From positions 91,264,001 through 91,328,000 of the forward strand of contig JAGIQG010000008.1 of the NCBI GenBank assembly GCA_024679065.1: a stretch of 64,000 nt of DNA, given 5' to 3'. Below, one piece after another: positions 46,775 through 59,062 of the stretch (position 1 is its first letter; every line of letters starts with the position of its first letter). The notes under the pieces were generated by a model that saw only the letters and a program-made list of their open reading frames with translations, was not told where the DNA came from and did not search any database. The position numbers and the translations under genes were made by a program. This DNA is from Sphyrna mokarran (taxonomy: Eukaryota).

Positions 46775-47113
46775 GGGGAGGATATGGCATCACTAGACTA
46801 TTAATCTCCTCAGCCAATGTTCAGGAGACTCGGGCTCAAATCCCACCACGGCGAATGATGGAATTTGAATTCAATAAAAAAAAATCTGGAATTAAGAATC
46901 TACTGATGACCATGAAACCATTGTTACTTGTCAGAAAACTCATCTGGTTCACTCATGTCCTTAAGGAAGGAAATCTGCCAGCCTTACTTGGTCTGGCTTA
47001 TATGTGACTCCAGAGCCATAGCAATTTCACTCTCAACTACCCTCCAAGAGCAACTAGGAATGGGCAACAGATACTGGCCAGCCAGCAATGCCCATGTCTC
47101 CAGGTGAATTAAA
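46775..47113 (+). mobile_element. tRNA-headed SINE family B
   Basis: GGAATTTGAATTCAATAAAAAAAAATCTGGAATTAAGAATCTACTGATGACC...GCCAGCCAGCAATGCCCATGTC. Confidence 0.9.
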
Positions 47114-48354
47114 GGGAAGTGTGTTTGCAAAAATTTGGCAGATAGACTATAATGGGAGAAAATGTGAGGTTGTCCACTTCGGTGGGAAGGAAAAAGAAGC
47201 AAAATATTATCGAAGTGATACAGAGGGATCTAGGTGACTTCATACATGAATCGCTAAAGGCTAGCATATAGGAATAGCAAGTCATTAATTAGGAAGACAA
47301 ATGAAAGGCTGGTTTCTATTGCCAGGGATGGAGTATAAAGATTCATATTTCTTCTATTTCTGCATTCTTATGCATTTCCTTCTTCAATGGAGCATATATC
47401 TGATTATGCAGGAAATCCACCAGTCACTGAGCAAAATGGCCTACACATGTCAGTGATATATAAAATGGACATTTTAATTCAATGTGGGATGCTGACTGTT
47501 TTCGACCTTGTCAACTGATGACTAAGAGGTTTTTTTTTCTGGTTTTATTAAAAAGTACCAGTTGGAGGCCTTTCAAAAGGAATTTTCTCTGTATCTTTCC
47601 AACGGGATCTTTTGATATTACATCTTAGATTTTGGAAAAACCACCACCGCCCTCAACCCATATAATTTCCAATGAGGACCTTGCAACACATCCTCTATCT
47701 GCAAAATGCTATTTATTTTGTCAGTCTGGTATTTCCTTAGCTATTATCAGAAGATCAGTGTCCTAGGAATTTAAACAAACAAATAAGTCATCGGGTCCCA
47801 CAGGTCACTGTGGGACTGGGTAGGGCTGAAGTAGACTGAAGGTTGCTTATAATCAGAGTTTTTTTTCCACAGGGATAGGAACTTACTGCTCTATTCTATC
47901 TTTTCCTTAGGGCATAATGTATGTGGCACATGTGCAGGAAATTTATTCAGATTTTTAAATATTTTTCCTTAAAAATACATTTCTAATGGGGTTTTTCAAA
48001 ATAACCTCTGACCTTTGGTTGCAATTATATTTTACAGGAGTGGAAATAATTAATCAAATGCATTTACTTAGGTTTAAACATTATACTAATTTCAATGTAA
48101 AACTGCCCACCATAGAAGTGTGGTTTATATAACTGACTGGCAGTACGACACTGCTTTAACTCACTAAGTCTTTATGAGTTTTTAATTGAAATTGTACCTT
48201 TCTGCCAAGGCTTAAATGTTCCTGGTTTGTGCTGCTTACACTTAATAAGTGACTGCTAAAGATTTACCTCCTACAAATTGAAAAAAAACGTAATGATATG
48301 AGCATGGCTGAGACAAAGCACAAGGGACACAAAGCACAAAAAGAAAATGAAGTG

Positions 48355-50430
48355 AACCACAGAATTGTTACAGAGAAGAAGGAGGCCATTCGGCCTAATG
48401 TGTTTGTAACAGCTCCTTACATGATCATTTCACCTCATGCATTCTCCTGACTCCTCCCTCTAATCCTGCAGATTGTTTCTTTTAAAATATTCATCTAATT
48501 CCCTCTCAAGTGTCTCAGTTGAACCTACCTCCACCACACCCTCAGGCAGTAAATTCCAGACACTAACCATTCACTGAGTTAAAGTGTTTTTATCTCATAT
48601 CACTTTAGCTTCTTGTGTCAATTACTTTAGAGCTCATTCTCAATCTTATCATGAATGGGAACAGTTTCTCTCTATCTGCTCTTGTCCAGACACCTCATGA
48701 TTTTGAATGCGTCTATCAAATCTCTTCCTCTTTTCTCTAGAGAAAACAACCCTAACTTCTCCAAACCATTTTTCTCACCTCGTTCTCGTAAACTTCTTCT
48801 GTACTTTCTTCATTGCCTTCACATACTTCTTAAAATGCAATGCATAGAACACAATATTTCAGCTGAGGTCTAACTTAGTGGTTTATACAAATTTAACTTA
48901 ATCTCCTTGCTCTTTGTACTCTCTGCCCCTATTAATAAAGCTTACAGCATTCTAAGCTTTGAGTTGCTCTTTCCACCTGTCCTGCCACCTTTAATGACTT
49001 ATGCATGTATGCACCTAGGTTCCACTTCCCTTCCACTCTTTTTAGAGTCGTGCTCAGTATTTTATGTTACCTCTCCATGTTCTTTCTACCAAAATGTATC
49101 ACTTCACACCCTCCATTGAACTTCATCTGCCATCTATCTGCTCACACCACCAGCTTGTCCATGTTCTACATTGTCCTCTTCACAGTTTACAATATTTCCA
49201 AACTTTGTATCATGTGCAAGTGCTGAAATTGTTCTCTGAACACCAAGATCTAGATTATCAGGAAAAGCAAAGATCCCAGTACCAACTCCTGGGGAACTCC
49301 AATCCAAACTTTGTTCCAACTCAAAAACAGTCTGTTAACCATTACTTTCTGTTTCCTGTCAGTCAACCAATTGTGTATCCATATTGTTACTGTCCCTTTT
49401 AATCCATGAACAATAACTTTTCTCACAAGTACAGTACTTTATCAGGTGCTTTTGAAGTCCATATACACCACATTACCAGCATTACCCTCACTAACTGCCT
49501 CTGTTACCTCTTGGAATAAACTCCAGTAAGTTTGTTAGATCTGATTTTCCATTGAGAAATCCATTTTGACTATCCTATGCAAATTGTCCATGCAACTATT
49601 AATTCTGTCCTGAATTATAGGACGGGATTCTTTGGCCTCCCTGTGGCATCTTTCTCATAGTCAATGGAATGCCCATTGACTCCATCATATGCTGGTGGGA
49701 AACCCATGATGGCAGGGTCAGAAGACCCCAGCAGTGTGAACAGTTGGAAAATTCTAGCCAGAGCTTCTAGAAGTTTCCTCTCCATTGAAGATAATCTGAC
49801 TGGTCTGTGGTTGTTAGCCTTATTCTTATACCACTTTACGAACAAAGGAGTAATGTTGGTCATTGTTCCATCTCTGGCACCACCCACGTTTAAGGAAAAC
49901 TGAGAAATTATGGCCAGTGCCTGCACAATTTGCACTCTCTCACTTCCCTTGGTATCCTTGGACGTATCTACCTGGTCCTGCTGCCCTGACAATTTGAAGC
50001 ACAGACAACCCAGTCAATATTTCCTCCTTATCAATTTTAAACCTTTCTAGTGACTGAACTTTCCCTTCTTCCACCTTGGCCTGGGTGGCATCTCCTTCCT
50101 CAGCAAGGAAAGATGCAGTATGTTCATTTAATACTTCAGATGTGCCCCATTTTGGTCCCTATTATACCCAAGTTTTCCTTTTATCATCTTTTCACTATTC
50201 ATATGCAAATTTTGCCCTACCTTTTTCCTTTTGAGGGAATGTACCTTGACTGTACTCAAACTATCTCTTCTTTGAACATGGTTCATTGTTCAGTTGCCAT
50301 TTTTTATGTTAACCTTTGGCTGCAATTTATTTGGCCCATATCTGTTCTTACCCCATTGAAGTTGGCTTTCCCCTGGTTAATTATTCTTGCTCTACATGAA
50401 TGTATCACTATGTTAATAACATCTTGAAAT
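48355..50430 (-). mobile_element. CR1 LINE ~2 kb relic (RT to tail) with a MITE inserted at ~49620-49759
   Basis: Reverse frames give NHRPVRLSSMERKLLE, VYMDF and ISALAHDTKFG (decayed FADDTKLG); tail AGAAGGAGGCCATTCGGCC. Confidence 0.85.
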
Positions 50431-50433
50431 TAT

Positions 50434-50567
50434 GGCTGGGATTCTTCAATCTTGTTCACCCACCACCACTGCCAGTGGGAATGGAGAATTTGGCACTCAG
50501 CCAAAACACCGTTCACTGTAGCAGAATTGGAAAACCCCAGCTACGGGCAAGGCCGGAGAATTCCAGC
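50434..50567. mobile_element. MITE (same family as 58935, opposite orientation)
   Basis: GGCTGGGATTCTTC...GGAGAATTCCAGC termini; internal TTTGGCACTCAGCCAAA. Confidence 0.7.
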
Positions 50568-50862
50568 TTGCTAATTTTACAGATCACTGACCAAATAAAT
50601 ATAACATTAAAGTAAAATATTTGCTTTAATTGAATGTATACATGAATGTGGAGAAGATGAATTTCTATTCCATTATTATAAGATAGCAAATTACCACCTT
50701 GAATGCTTTACAGCTTTATACAGGAACAGTAACACTAAAGGGCACTCAATGTAAGAAAATAATTTATAGATTTTAGCACTTTAGTAGAATGTACATTAGA
50801 GTTCTGATGCATATGACATTTATTTAATCTTGTTTATGGCTAACGTAGAATGGTTGCAGACA

Positions 50863-51156
50863 GGTACAGTTGCACAGTGGCTAGCACTGCTGCCTCATAG
50901 CATCTGGTACCCGGGTTTGATTCCAGGCTTGGGTCACTGTGTGTGCAGAGTCTGCACATTCCCTGTGTCTGTGTGAATTTTCTCTGGGTGCTCTGGTTTC
51001 TTCCCACAAGCCCAAAAGATGTATTGGTTAAGTGCATTGGCCATGCTAAATTCTCCCTCAGTGTATCTGAACAGGTGCTGGAGTGTGGCGACTAGGGGAT
51101 TTTCACAGCAACTGCATTGCAGTGTTAATGTGCACTCCTGACACTAATAAATAAAC
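50863..51156 (+). mobile_element. HE1-headed SINE, alternative tail
   Basis: GGAGTGTGGCGACTAGGGGATTTTCACAG...TGACACTAATAAATAAAC. Confidence 0.9.
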
Positions 51157-51780
51157 AAAACAGAAGGAGGCCATTCAGCCCATTATATCATTGTTGGCTC
51201 TTGTATGAACTACTCCAGTGCTTTCTCCACATTGCTCTGCAAATTATTTCATTCAATCTGCCTCTACCACACTCAGGCAGTACTCAGAGTGTCATTACTT
51301 CCTGTGTAAAAATTGACATTTTGTTATGACCCATCAATCACAAGTGCATTCATCGCCACATCCTTCTCTTAATCACAAATATATCTGATAGATCAAGAAC
51401 ACCCACCCTGCACACTGAAATATACACTTTCTTTCCTCAGTCTGGTTACTCTCTTTGTTTGTCCATTGTCATGGTACTCTGCTGTTTTTTTCTGTTTTGA
51501 CACCTGCAGCTTAGAGTTTGCTAGCAAGTTGAATTGAGACGGCATCATCATTTCCAGCTGGTTTTAATTCTTTCCAGTATCTTGTTAATTTCATTTATTG
51601 GAGCTTCTGATCTTTTAGGCATCCATTGTCTTTTACAACAGATTCAGAGACAAAAAAACACAGATGTTATTCAGAATTCACTGATCTGGGTGATGCATAC
51701 TTATCTTCACCCACTTCGGTGGATTTTAAGTAAACATCTGGACTCAGTGTATGATCTCCAACTAGGTCCCCAAGATAGTA

Positions 51781-52098
51781 GGTGGCACAGTGATTAGTAT
51801 TGCTGCCTCACAGCATCAGGGACCTGGGTTTGATTCCCGGCTTGGGTCTCTGTCTCTGTCTGCATGGAGTTCGCACATTCTCCCCGTGTCTGTGTTGGTT
51901 TCTTCTGGGTGCCCTGGTTTCTTCCCACAGTCCAAAGGTGTGCGGGTTACGTGGATTGGCCATGCTACAATGTCCCTCGATGTCAGGGGGAACTAGGGTG
52001 GATGCATAAGGTTGTGGCGATAGGGCCTGGGTTGGATTGTGGTCCGTGCAGACTCAAGAAGCCAAATGTCCTCCTTCTTGCACTATAGGACTCTATGA
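51781..52098 (+). mobile_element. HE1-type V-SINE (CR1 tail)
   Basis: GGTGGCACAGTGATTAG head; TGCACTATAGGACTCTATG tail. Confidence 0.88.
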
Positions 52099-52255
52099 TA
52101 GGATTAATATTATTAATGGACAGCACTTTCATAATTTACACACCAGCTGACTAGACCACTATTAAAATTGCTCCGCATAATGAAACAGGTAAACCTCTTC
52201 AGCATTATTGTGTCGATTCACTTTTATTTAGTGAACACTTTGAAGAAAAATTAAT

Positions 52256-53420
52256 TTATTTTGCTAACATCAAGCTTTGAGCTGTCCCCATATCTCTCAG
52301 AATTTTTTTGGTTCCTGTATCTAGCAAAAATGGAGTCACTTCACCTTCAAATATAAAACACTGAAAATCTTTTATGTTCTGATGTACACCTACTGACATT
52401 GGTTTACCACAAGCTTCATTCTCATGCCAACCCCCTGTGGAAATTAGCATTCTGTTCATTGTCAAGTAGTTTATCTCTCCAGTTTCTATGTGGGTTCACA
52501 AACATAGTTGAGCTTCCACCCTGTGTTTGTGGGTAATTCATAAGCATCAGCTAAAACTGCAGCTTCCCTTATTTTGGATACTTTTCAATTTCTTGATGGG
52601 GGGTAGAATCTGATTTTCTGTAGGAATCTTCCAGTAACAATGCCCAATGGATTTCAAAATTTTGATCAAGCTTCATCACCCTCCATCGTGATTTTTCTGT
52701 AGTAAATTCCACAAATGCATGATTCTGGGGGATAAGATCATGAGCTGATAAGATCATGAGAGAGCCAAGAAATCAGGTTCTCGCCCAATTTCTTGCTTCT
52801 TGCGATCTTACCAGCACCGGATGTCTGGTGCGATTAGCCTTGCGCCCATTTCCACACAAGGTTGAATAAATTACTTAAATTTATTCTAACGTTAATTTCA
52901 ATGTGATTAGAGAGCCTTGGACAGAATCGTCTGGGCTCACTTGACTGTGTGGCCTTGCGAGGAGAGGTTCTCTCTGGCAAGGATCGTGTATGATCCCCCA
53001 TCAAAGGGGACCAAGAGTGATTGTCTTGTCAATAGATCTGCAGGCTATTGAGACCCCAAATGAGATCAGGGGCAAGGGGATGTGTGCCCCTTGGGCAGTG
53101 CCAGCCTGGCAATGCCAAGGGACTGGGTCTGAGGGGGCAGAGTCTACTGGGGATGGACCGATCAGGGAGAGGTGGACTGTATGCCACGCTGCATAGCATT
53201 CCTTTTCCCTCCAGAATATTTAAATGTTGAAGGAACACCTCAATTAATTCTGCTTTCTTAGACCCTGTTATTAATCTTATTTGTAATGTTTCTGCCATTG
53301 TTCTTAAATTTACTTTTGTTAACTCTTGCAAGACACTCTTTAAAAAATTTTCTCTTTTGACATCAATAAATAATATAACCACGTTAAAGTCCCAATGAGT
53401 AGAGCCAAAGCCAGTGTGAT
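52256..53420 (-). pseudogene. Gypsy (Gmr1-like) gag/protease relic with a SCAN-like capsid segment
   Basis: LQELTKVNLRTMAETLQIRLITGSKKAELIEVFLQHL (gag N-terminus); FVEFTTEK..W..LLLED and KVSKIREAAVLADAYEL (SCAN-like); FEGEV...KILRDMGTAQSLML (LRDTGAxQS protease site, T to M). Confidence 0.8.
52728..53195. mobile_element. Probable Harbinger-type non-autonomous fragment inserted in gag
   Basis: Interrupts the gag reading; TAAGATC/GATCTTA inverted motifs; GGCAGTGCC motifs shared with 63300-64000. Confidence 0.45.
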
Positions 53421-53478
53421 TTTTTTCCTGTTTAAACTCTGACCATGTCCTGTGTTCATTTCAGTCTGTGGATTTAAA

Positions 53479-53496
53479 ATTCCAGGCAAGTCCCCA
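53479..53496 (-). promoter_or_regulatory. Primer-binding site, tRNA-Pro type (decayed)
   Basis: TGGGGACTTGCCTGGAAT versus TGGGGGCTCGTCCGGGAT: 13 of 18 identical and all differences are transitions; lies 3 nt after the LTR end TGTAACA. Confidence 0.75.
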
Positions 53497-53499
53497 ATT

Positions 53500-54763
53500 T
53501 GTTACAATCTCTTGAGACTTTTAAAAAGAAACTCGAACTTCCAGTAATAGCTGAAAGCGTCACATGATAAGATTTCATACTTTGAGTCTTTTACCAAAAC
53601 AAAAGACTAAAAAGAATCATGACTAACCACTACCTTTGTTGGCAATTTATTCATTTTACATAAGCGCAACTGAAAGAAATCACACTACACAGGTATGTGC
53701 TGTCTTTTAAGTAGATAATCAGTTTCTTTGAATGAGTACAGATGGTTCTTAGCTTCCAAGAGTTAATGTTGTTCTTCCCTTTTCTCAGCCTGGTAACTTC
53801 TAATCCCAAAATGGTAACAGTATTCATGAAAATTCTCTCTCTAACTCAAGCTAAACCAAGCTCCCAGCTTTGTTTAACTCCTCAGGAATTTGGTCGTTCC
53901 AATCTCAGTGTCAGGTTTGACCTGACACAATGAACCAGAGAGACTTCCAGCCACAAGCTGTTGTTTCTCTCTCCCGGACTCAGGCAGACTAATTGTGCTT
54001 GCAAGTTTTCAGTGAAATCCTCAAAATCCATCCCCTCTCAAAGTCTATTTCCATTGCAATGGAACATGATTCACGAGCGTTGTATCCTGAAAGAAATGCT
54101 GATTAGCTGTCCTTGAGAGCCCAATTCTCTTTCACCTTTCACTTTCAAATGGATGGTTTAAAACACAGCTGCTTACAACCTCAAATTCTCAACACATTTC
54201 TGGGGCTTTGGAGACTCATAATCTCTCCATTGTTAGTGCAGATATTGCTGCCATTGTCTTCAAGCATAACCACTTTGCACCTTTTCTCCAGTAAAACAAC
54301 CTGGACTACCTTTAATCTCTAACAATTAAAATACCTAGGCTTGCAGTTGGGCAAACTTCAGAACAGGTTGTGTTAACTCCCCTCATTCTACCTTCAAGAC
54401 ACTTCCTGAAAACAAAAAGGCACAGTGGTTAGCCCTGCTGCCTCACAGTGCCAGGGACCTGGATTCAATTCCAGCCTTGGGTGACTGACTGTGTGGAGTT
54501 TGCACATTCTCCCTGTGTCTGTGTGGGTTTCCCCTGGGTGCTCCCATTTCCTCCCAAAGCTGTGTAGGTTAGGTTGATTGGAAGGCTAACTTGCCCCATA
54601 GTGTCAGAAGAGTTAACAGAATAAATACGTAGGGTTATGGGGGCAGAGGTTGGGTGAGATTGTTATCGGTGCAATTCAATGAGCCAATGGCCTTGTTCTG
54701 CACTGTAAGGATTCTATGTTTCAATTCTATGATAATTATCTTATAAATCTCTTAGTTGTAGCA
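53500..54763 (-). mobile_element. 5' LTR of the Gypsy relic (contains an HE1 insertion)
   Basis: Termini TGCTACAA...TTGTAACA on the minus strand; AATAAA near 53650 (minus); the PBS follows directly. Confidence 0.7.
54419..54732 (+). mobile_element. HE1-type V-SINE (CR1 tail)
   Basis: GGCACAGTGGTTAGC head; CTGCACTGTAAGGATTCTATG tail. Confidence 0.9.
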
Positions 54764-55234
54764 TGGCACCAGTAGACAGCTAAGAAATTTGGTGTGACAT
54801 TGATGGTGAGATGACTTATGTTGTTTTGTACATTTGTACTCACTTTACCTCAGGTACTTTTATTGTTTTATTGTGTCATTGTTGCAGACAATCTCAACTT
54901 ACACAGTTCAGAAATTCTAAATAGAGTGTTTTCTGTTCAAATGCTCTGAAGTCAAAGATTTGAAAATAAACAATCCGATTACTCAGAAAATAGAGGTAGA
55001 TAAAATTCAAGATGCCACTAATTGGATACATATCAGAACAAATCAGGCAGCGTGTTTGCACTTGAATTGAGAGGCTTGGTTCTTCTCTCTACAAAGTGTT
55101 TGGCAACCATCTAAACAACTGAAGCGGCAACATTTGAAGTTAAATGGGAATAGGGGCCAGAACGTTTGTGTTGTGGTGCATTCTGTGCCGCTGTAGTGTG
55201 AAGTTAGAAAAACAGGAAGAGTGTCTCACGGAAA

Positions 55235-55539
55235 GGTGACACGGTGGCAGAGTGGTTAGCGTTGCTGCCTCAGCACCAGGGACCCAGGTTTGATTCCTGG
55301 CTTGGTAAGTTTGCACACTCTCCCTGTGTCTGTGTGGGTTTCCTCCATTGTTTTGGTTTCTTCTCACAGTCCAAAGATGTGCCAGTTAGATGGATTGTCC
55401 ATGCTAAATTGACCTTTAGTGCCAGGGGGATTAGTGGGGTAAATATATAGGATTATAAGGATAAGGCCTGGGTGGGATTTGTGGTTGGTGAGGACTCAAT
55501 GTGCCGAATGGCCTCGTCCTGCATTACAGGGATTCTATG
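55235..55539 (+). mobile_element. HE1-type V-SINE (CR1 tail)
   Basis: CACGGTGGCAGAGTGGTTAGC head; CAGGGATTCTATG tail. Confidence 0.9.
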
Positions 55540-56418
55540 GATCCTTTTAAACTGCCAGGCTGCTTTAAATTGATTTCTGAGGCTTTCCCATTCCCACAGA
55601 AAGGTATTTAGTGAAAAGTTAGAGGCCAATTTTGTGGGGAAACCACGTAAGACCAAAAACAAGTGCAGATACATGCATTGTGAGAGAGATTCTGAGATGG
55701 GGCAGATGGGTTATAGAATATTGGGGATATCCAGTTTGCATGTGGGTGTTAAATGATAATCAGGTTATGGTTTGCTCTATTCATATTCTAAGAGACTGGA
55801 GAGGGGCGGGGAATGTGGGGGTACTAATCATGATGGGGATGTTCGGAGGTGGTGGGATGGGAAGAAGGTGGAGCTCCTGATATATTGAATGGAAGTTGAG
55901 TCTGATGCTGATTGGATGGAGATTGAGTCTGATGCTGGGCCAGTGGACCCTAATCAAAGGGGTGAGAATCCAATGGGAGTTAGGGGTCCAACAGTTGGCC
56001 AAGGAAGCAGATGTAACGGGGCTAGGGGAGCAGACAGATCATTGAGGGGAAGGAGGGAGAGGTAATTGGGGTTAATGGGCAGCTTACTGTGCCTGAAGAA
56101 AGTATGTTGCTCCCCCTGACTCAAAAGTAGTGGAATCAAGGCCCTTACCTGGTGGATTCAGCTCTTCACACCTGTTTTAAACTGCCTGTGGTTAAGGATA
56201 GAATGGCTGTTCAAATGAAGTCACACAGCATCATTATAATATTTAAATGACCCAACTGCTTTCCAGCGAACGGATTGGTCCTCCACCCACATTTTCATCA
56301 GAACTGGAAGTAGGTGGGTTGAAGGTGCATTTGGTTACTATTTTATATTTTTTCCTTTCAATCTTTGACATGAAGCTAATCTAGCATTTGTTGGTGAGTT
56401 GAGATTGAACCCAAGATT

Positions 56419-56774
56419 TTTTAAAATTCATTCATGGGACATGGGTGCCACAGGCTGGCCAGCATTTATTGCCCATCCCTAGTTGCCTTAGGGCAGTTAA
56501 GAGTCAGCCACATTGCTGTGACAATGGAGTCACATGTAGGCCAGATCAGATAAGGATGGCAGATTTCCTTCTCTAAAGGATATCAGAGAACCAAATGATT
56601 TTTTCTGACAATGGATAACAATTTTATAGTCATCAGTAGATCCTTAATTCCAGATTTTTTTTGTTGAATTCAAATTCTACCATCTGCCATGACGGGATTC
56701 AAACAAGGATTTTCAGAACATTAGCTGAGTTTCTGTATTAATAGTCTAGCAATAATACCACTAGGCCATTGCCT
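56419..56774 (-). mobile_element. tRNA-headed SINE family B
   Basis: TTCATTCATGGGACATGGG...AATAATACCACTAGGCCATTGCC. Confidence 0.9.
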
Positions 56775-57054
56775 AGTGAGTGAAGTTGATTTCAGCTGAC
56801 TGTATGTGGTGTTGTGTATGAAAAGCAGTGTTTTCCCCACTGGCTGTAAAGATGGGATTTTGTGCCCTATCATATATCTCTGAGCTAACTAAATGTGCAT
56901 GCTCATGAAACACACTGGATCGCTAGTAGGTGGCCTTGGATTGGCCCAACATGCCATGATCTCATTGCTCCCCCATCCTAGGTGCCATATTTAAAACACA
57001 CCTGTACACACCTGTATCACTCTGTGCAGTCCAGGACTGCTGCACAGCAATGAG

Positions 57055-57450
57055 ATGGCTCCAAAGGCCAACAAGACTGCTGCCCCAAAGTTCAGCCTCC
57101 CCTCCCTGGACTGCCTTCTGGGTGTAGTTGAGGCCTGCCATAATGTCCTCGACCCCTGCTGCAACCGTCGGTCCCCCAGCTCCGTATAAATGGCTCCCCA
57201 ATGTTTGCTCCACAGTGATTGCAGGGGATGGTAGGGCAAGAAGGCAGAGCCAGGCTTTTCAGAAGAGGCCCTCACCCAAGATGCTGGATGGAGTGGAGCA
57301 GGGTTGGGACACAGGAGACAGCTTTCCAGCAGGGTAATCACCTCCACCTGGGATGCAGTGCCAGCCCTGGTCAATGCAAGTGCACTCCAGAAGAGGGCAG
57401 GCAACAGTGTGAAAAGAAGATGAACCATACACTTCACTCAGCCAGAACCA
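57055..57450 (+). pseudogene. PIF/Harbinger Myb/SANT-like ORF relics (two N-termini in tandem)
   Basis: MAPKANKTAAPKFSLPSLDCLLGVVEACHNVL, then KKAEPGFSEEALT/KMLDGVEQ...TWDAVPALVNASALQKR/QQCEKKMNH: the F....L..L...V...W..V...V.......R...QC.KK.N pattern. Confidence 0.75.
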
Positions 57451-57914
57451 ATCCCAGCCTCACACTGAGCCCCCTCTTACACCCTTCACACCTCCACCTC
57501 GGCCTCCTGCTCACTCCCGCTTTTAATTGCCCCTCCAATGCCATCAGCTGCAAAGGCCCTATACTCTGGCATTCTGTCCCTAAACTTCTCTGAGTTCTTT
57601 CCTGAGCCCCTTAAAACCTAATTCCGTGATCAATCTTTTATTTTATGGAATATGTTAAACAACAAGGTCCTCCCCAAAACTGATTATTTCAGCCTGAATA
57701 TTTTCAGTGAGTTCCCAGATGGTGTTTACCAAGGATGTGTTTTAAAGCTGGAGGCAGTCTTTTTTATTTCTATAAAGCTGAGTGTAACAGGAATAGATAC
57801 CTTCAGGAAATCCTTATTTGACTTCTAACACCGTCTAGCCTAATTATGGAATAAACTACCTTCACCTCAGAGATGCAAAACATTGTTTGGTTCTATTCCA
57901 TCTCAAGCTCACTA

Positions 57915-58113
57915 CCCGGAATTTTCCTGGACCGCAGTGGGATTTTCAATGGCAGAGGCAGCTCACATTGGCTGCTGGCAGGATCTTCCTGACCCGCCAA
58001 AGTCAGTGGCATTTTCCATGACTCGTTCATCATGCCACTGGGGAACCTATTGTAGCGTAAATGACAGCAGGACTGGAAGATCCTACCAGTAGAAGGGCTG
58101 GAAAATTCTACCC
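57915..58113. mobile_element. MITE (GGAATTTTCC/GGAAAATTCT TIRs)
   Basis: CCGGAATTTTCC...GGAAAATTCTACCC; internal GGATCTTCC/GGAAGATCC inverted pair. Confidence 0.6.
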
Positions 58114-58219
58114 TTTGCGTTTCATCTTTGAATTCTCAATTTTGACTTCACATGATTCACGTAGAAAAATGTACAGTAAAGAATCTAAACAGCTAAAAAG
58201 AAATTTGGTTTTGTAAATG

Positions 58220-58307
58220 GATCAATAGACTTGAAACGTTAACCCTTTTCCTCTTTCCATAGATGCTGCCAAACCTGCTGAGTTTATCCAGCATTTTCTG
58301 TTTTTAT
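58220..58307 (+). mobile_element. Penelope-like terminal half-arm
   Basis: TTGAAACGTTAAC...AGATGCTGCCAAACCTGCTGAGTTTATCCAGCATTTTCTG; an opposite-strand arm lies at ~59335-59430. Confidence 0.65.
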
Positions 58308-58575
58308 TACTTAGGCCTTCAGTTTGCTCCCTTTGGCTATCAATCTTTTCTTTTGAGTAGCAAATTGAACATTAAAGCAAAGAGTAGACATTCTCAGTTG
58401 GACAGTGATGCCTTTTTGAAGCTGAAGTTTCTCTGCTTTTCAAATTTTTAATTATGTATTTGGCATAAAATCAAACTGATTTGTTTCACTCTCAGTGAAT
58501 ATTTAAATGTGACAGAAACTACAAAGTTTTTGCCTCCTAACAAATAGTTTGACTCATATTTAATGGTCTTGCTAT

Positions 58576-58865
58576 TCATAGAATCCCTAAGTACAGAAGG
58601 AGGCTATTTGGCCCATTGAACCTGCATCTACAAGAATTCCATCCAGGCCCTATCCTCGTAATCCCACATATTTACCATGTTATTTCTCCTAACATAAAAG
58701 GCAATTTCACATGGCCAATAAACCTAACTCACACATCTTTGGATGCAGGAGGAAACTGGAGCAGACATGGGGAGAATGTGCAGATCCATACAGACAGTAA
58801 CCCAAGATCAGAACTGAACGTGGTTTCCTGGCACTGTGATGTAGCAATGCTAAGCACAGTGCCAC
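58576..58865 (-). mobile_element. HE1-type V-SINE (CR1 tail)
   Basis: CATAGAATCCCTAAGTACAGAAGGAGGC...GGGAGAATGTGCAGATCC. Confidence 0.85.
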
Positions 58866-58934
58866 TCATCATCTCAACTTGACCAAGATTTTCTTTTGTA
58901 TCAAACGATAGCAAAAAAATTAGTGGATTATAAT

Positions 58935-59062
58935 GGCCAGAATTTTCTGGCTGTTCACAACAGCGGGATTCTCTGGTCCGGCTGCAGTGCACAGAGATTT
59001 GGCTGAGCACCAAACTTTCCTCGCAGCCGTAGTGGGGGGCGAAGGGCTAGAAAATTCCGGCC
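58935..59062. mobile_element. 128-bp MITE with 3-bp TSD (PIF/Harbinger-like)
   Basis: AAT|GGCCAGAATTTTCT...AGAAAATTCCGGCC|AAT: TIR matches at 13 of 14 positions; AAT is duplicated. Confidence 0.8.

Noticed and set aside
56991-57437. 148-aa minus-strand ORF with a signal-peptide-like start
   Set aside because: It is the antisense of GC-rich Harbinger Myb relics; I see no independent coding signal.
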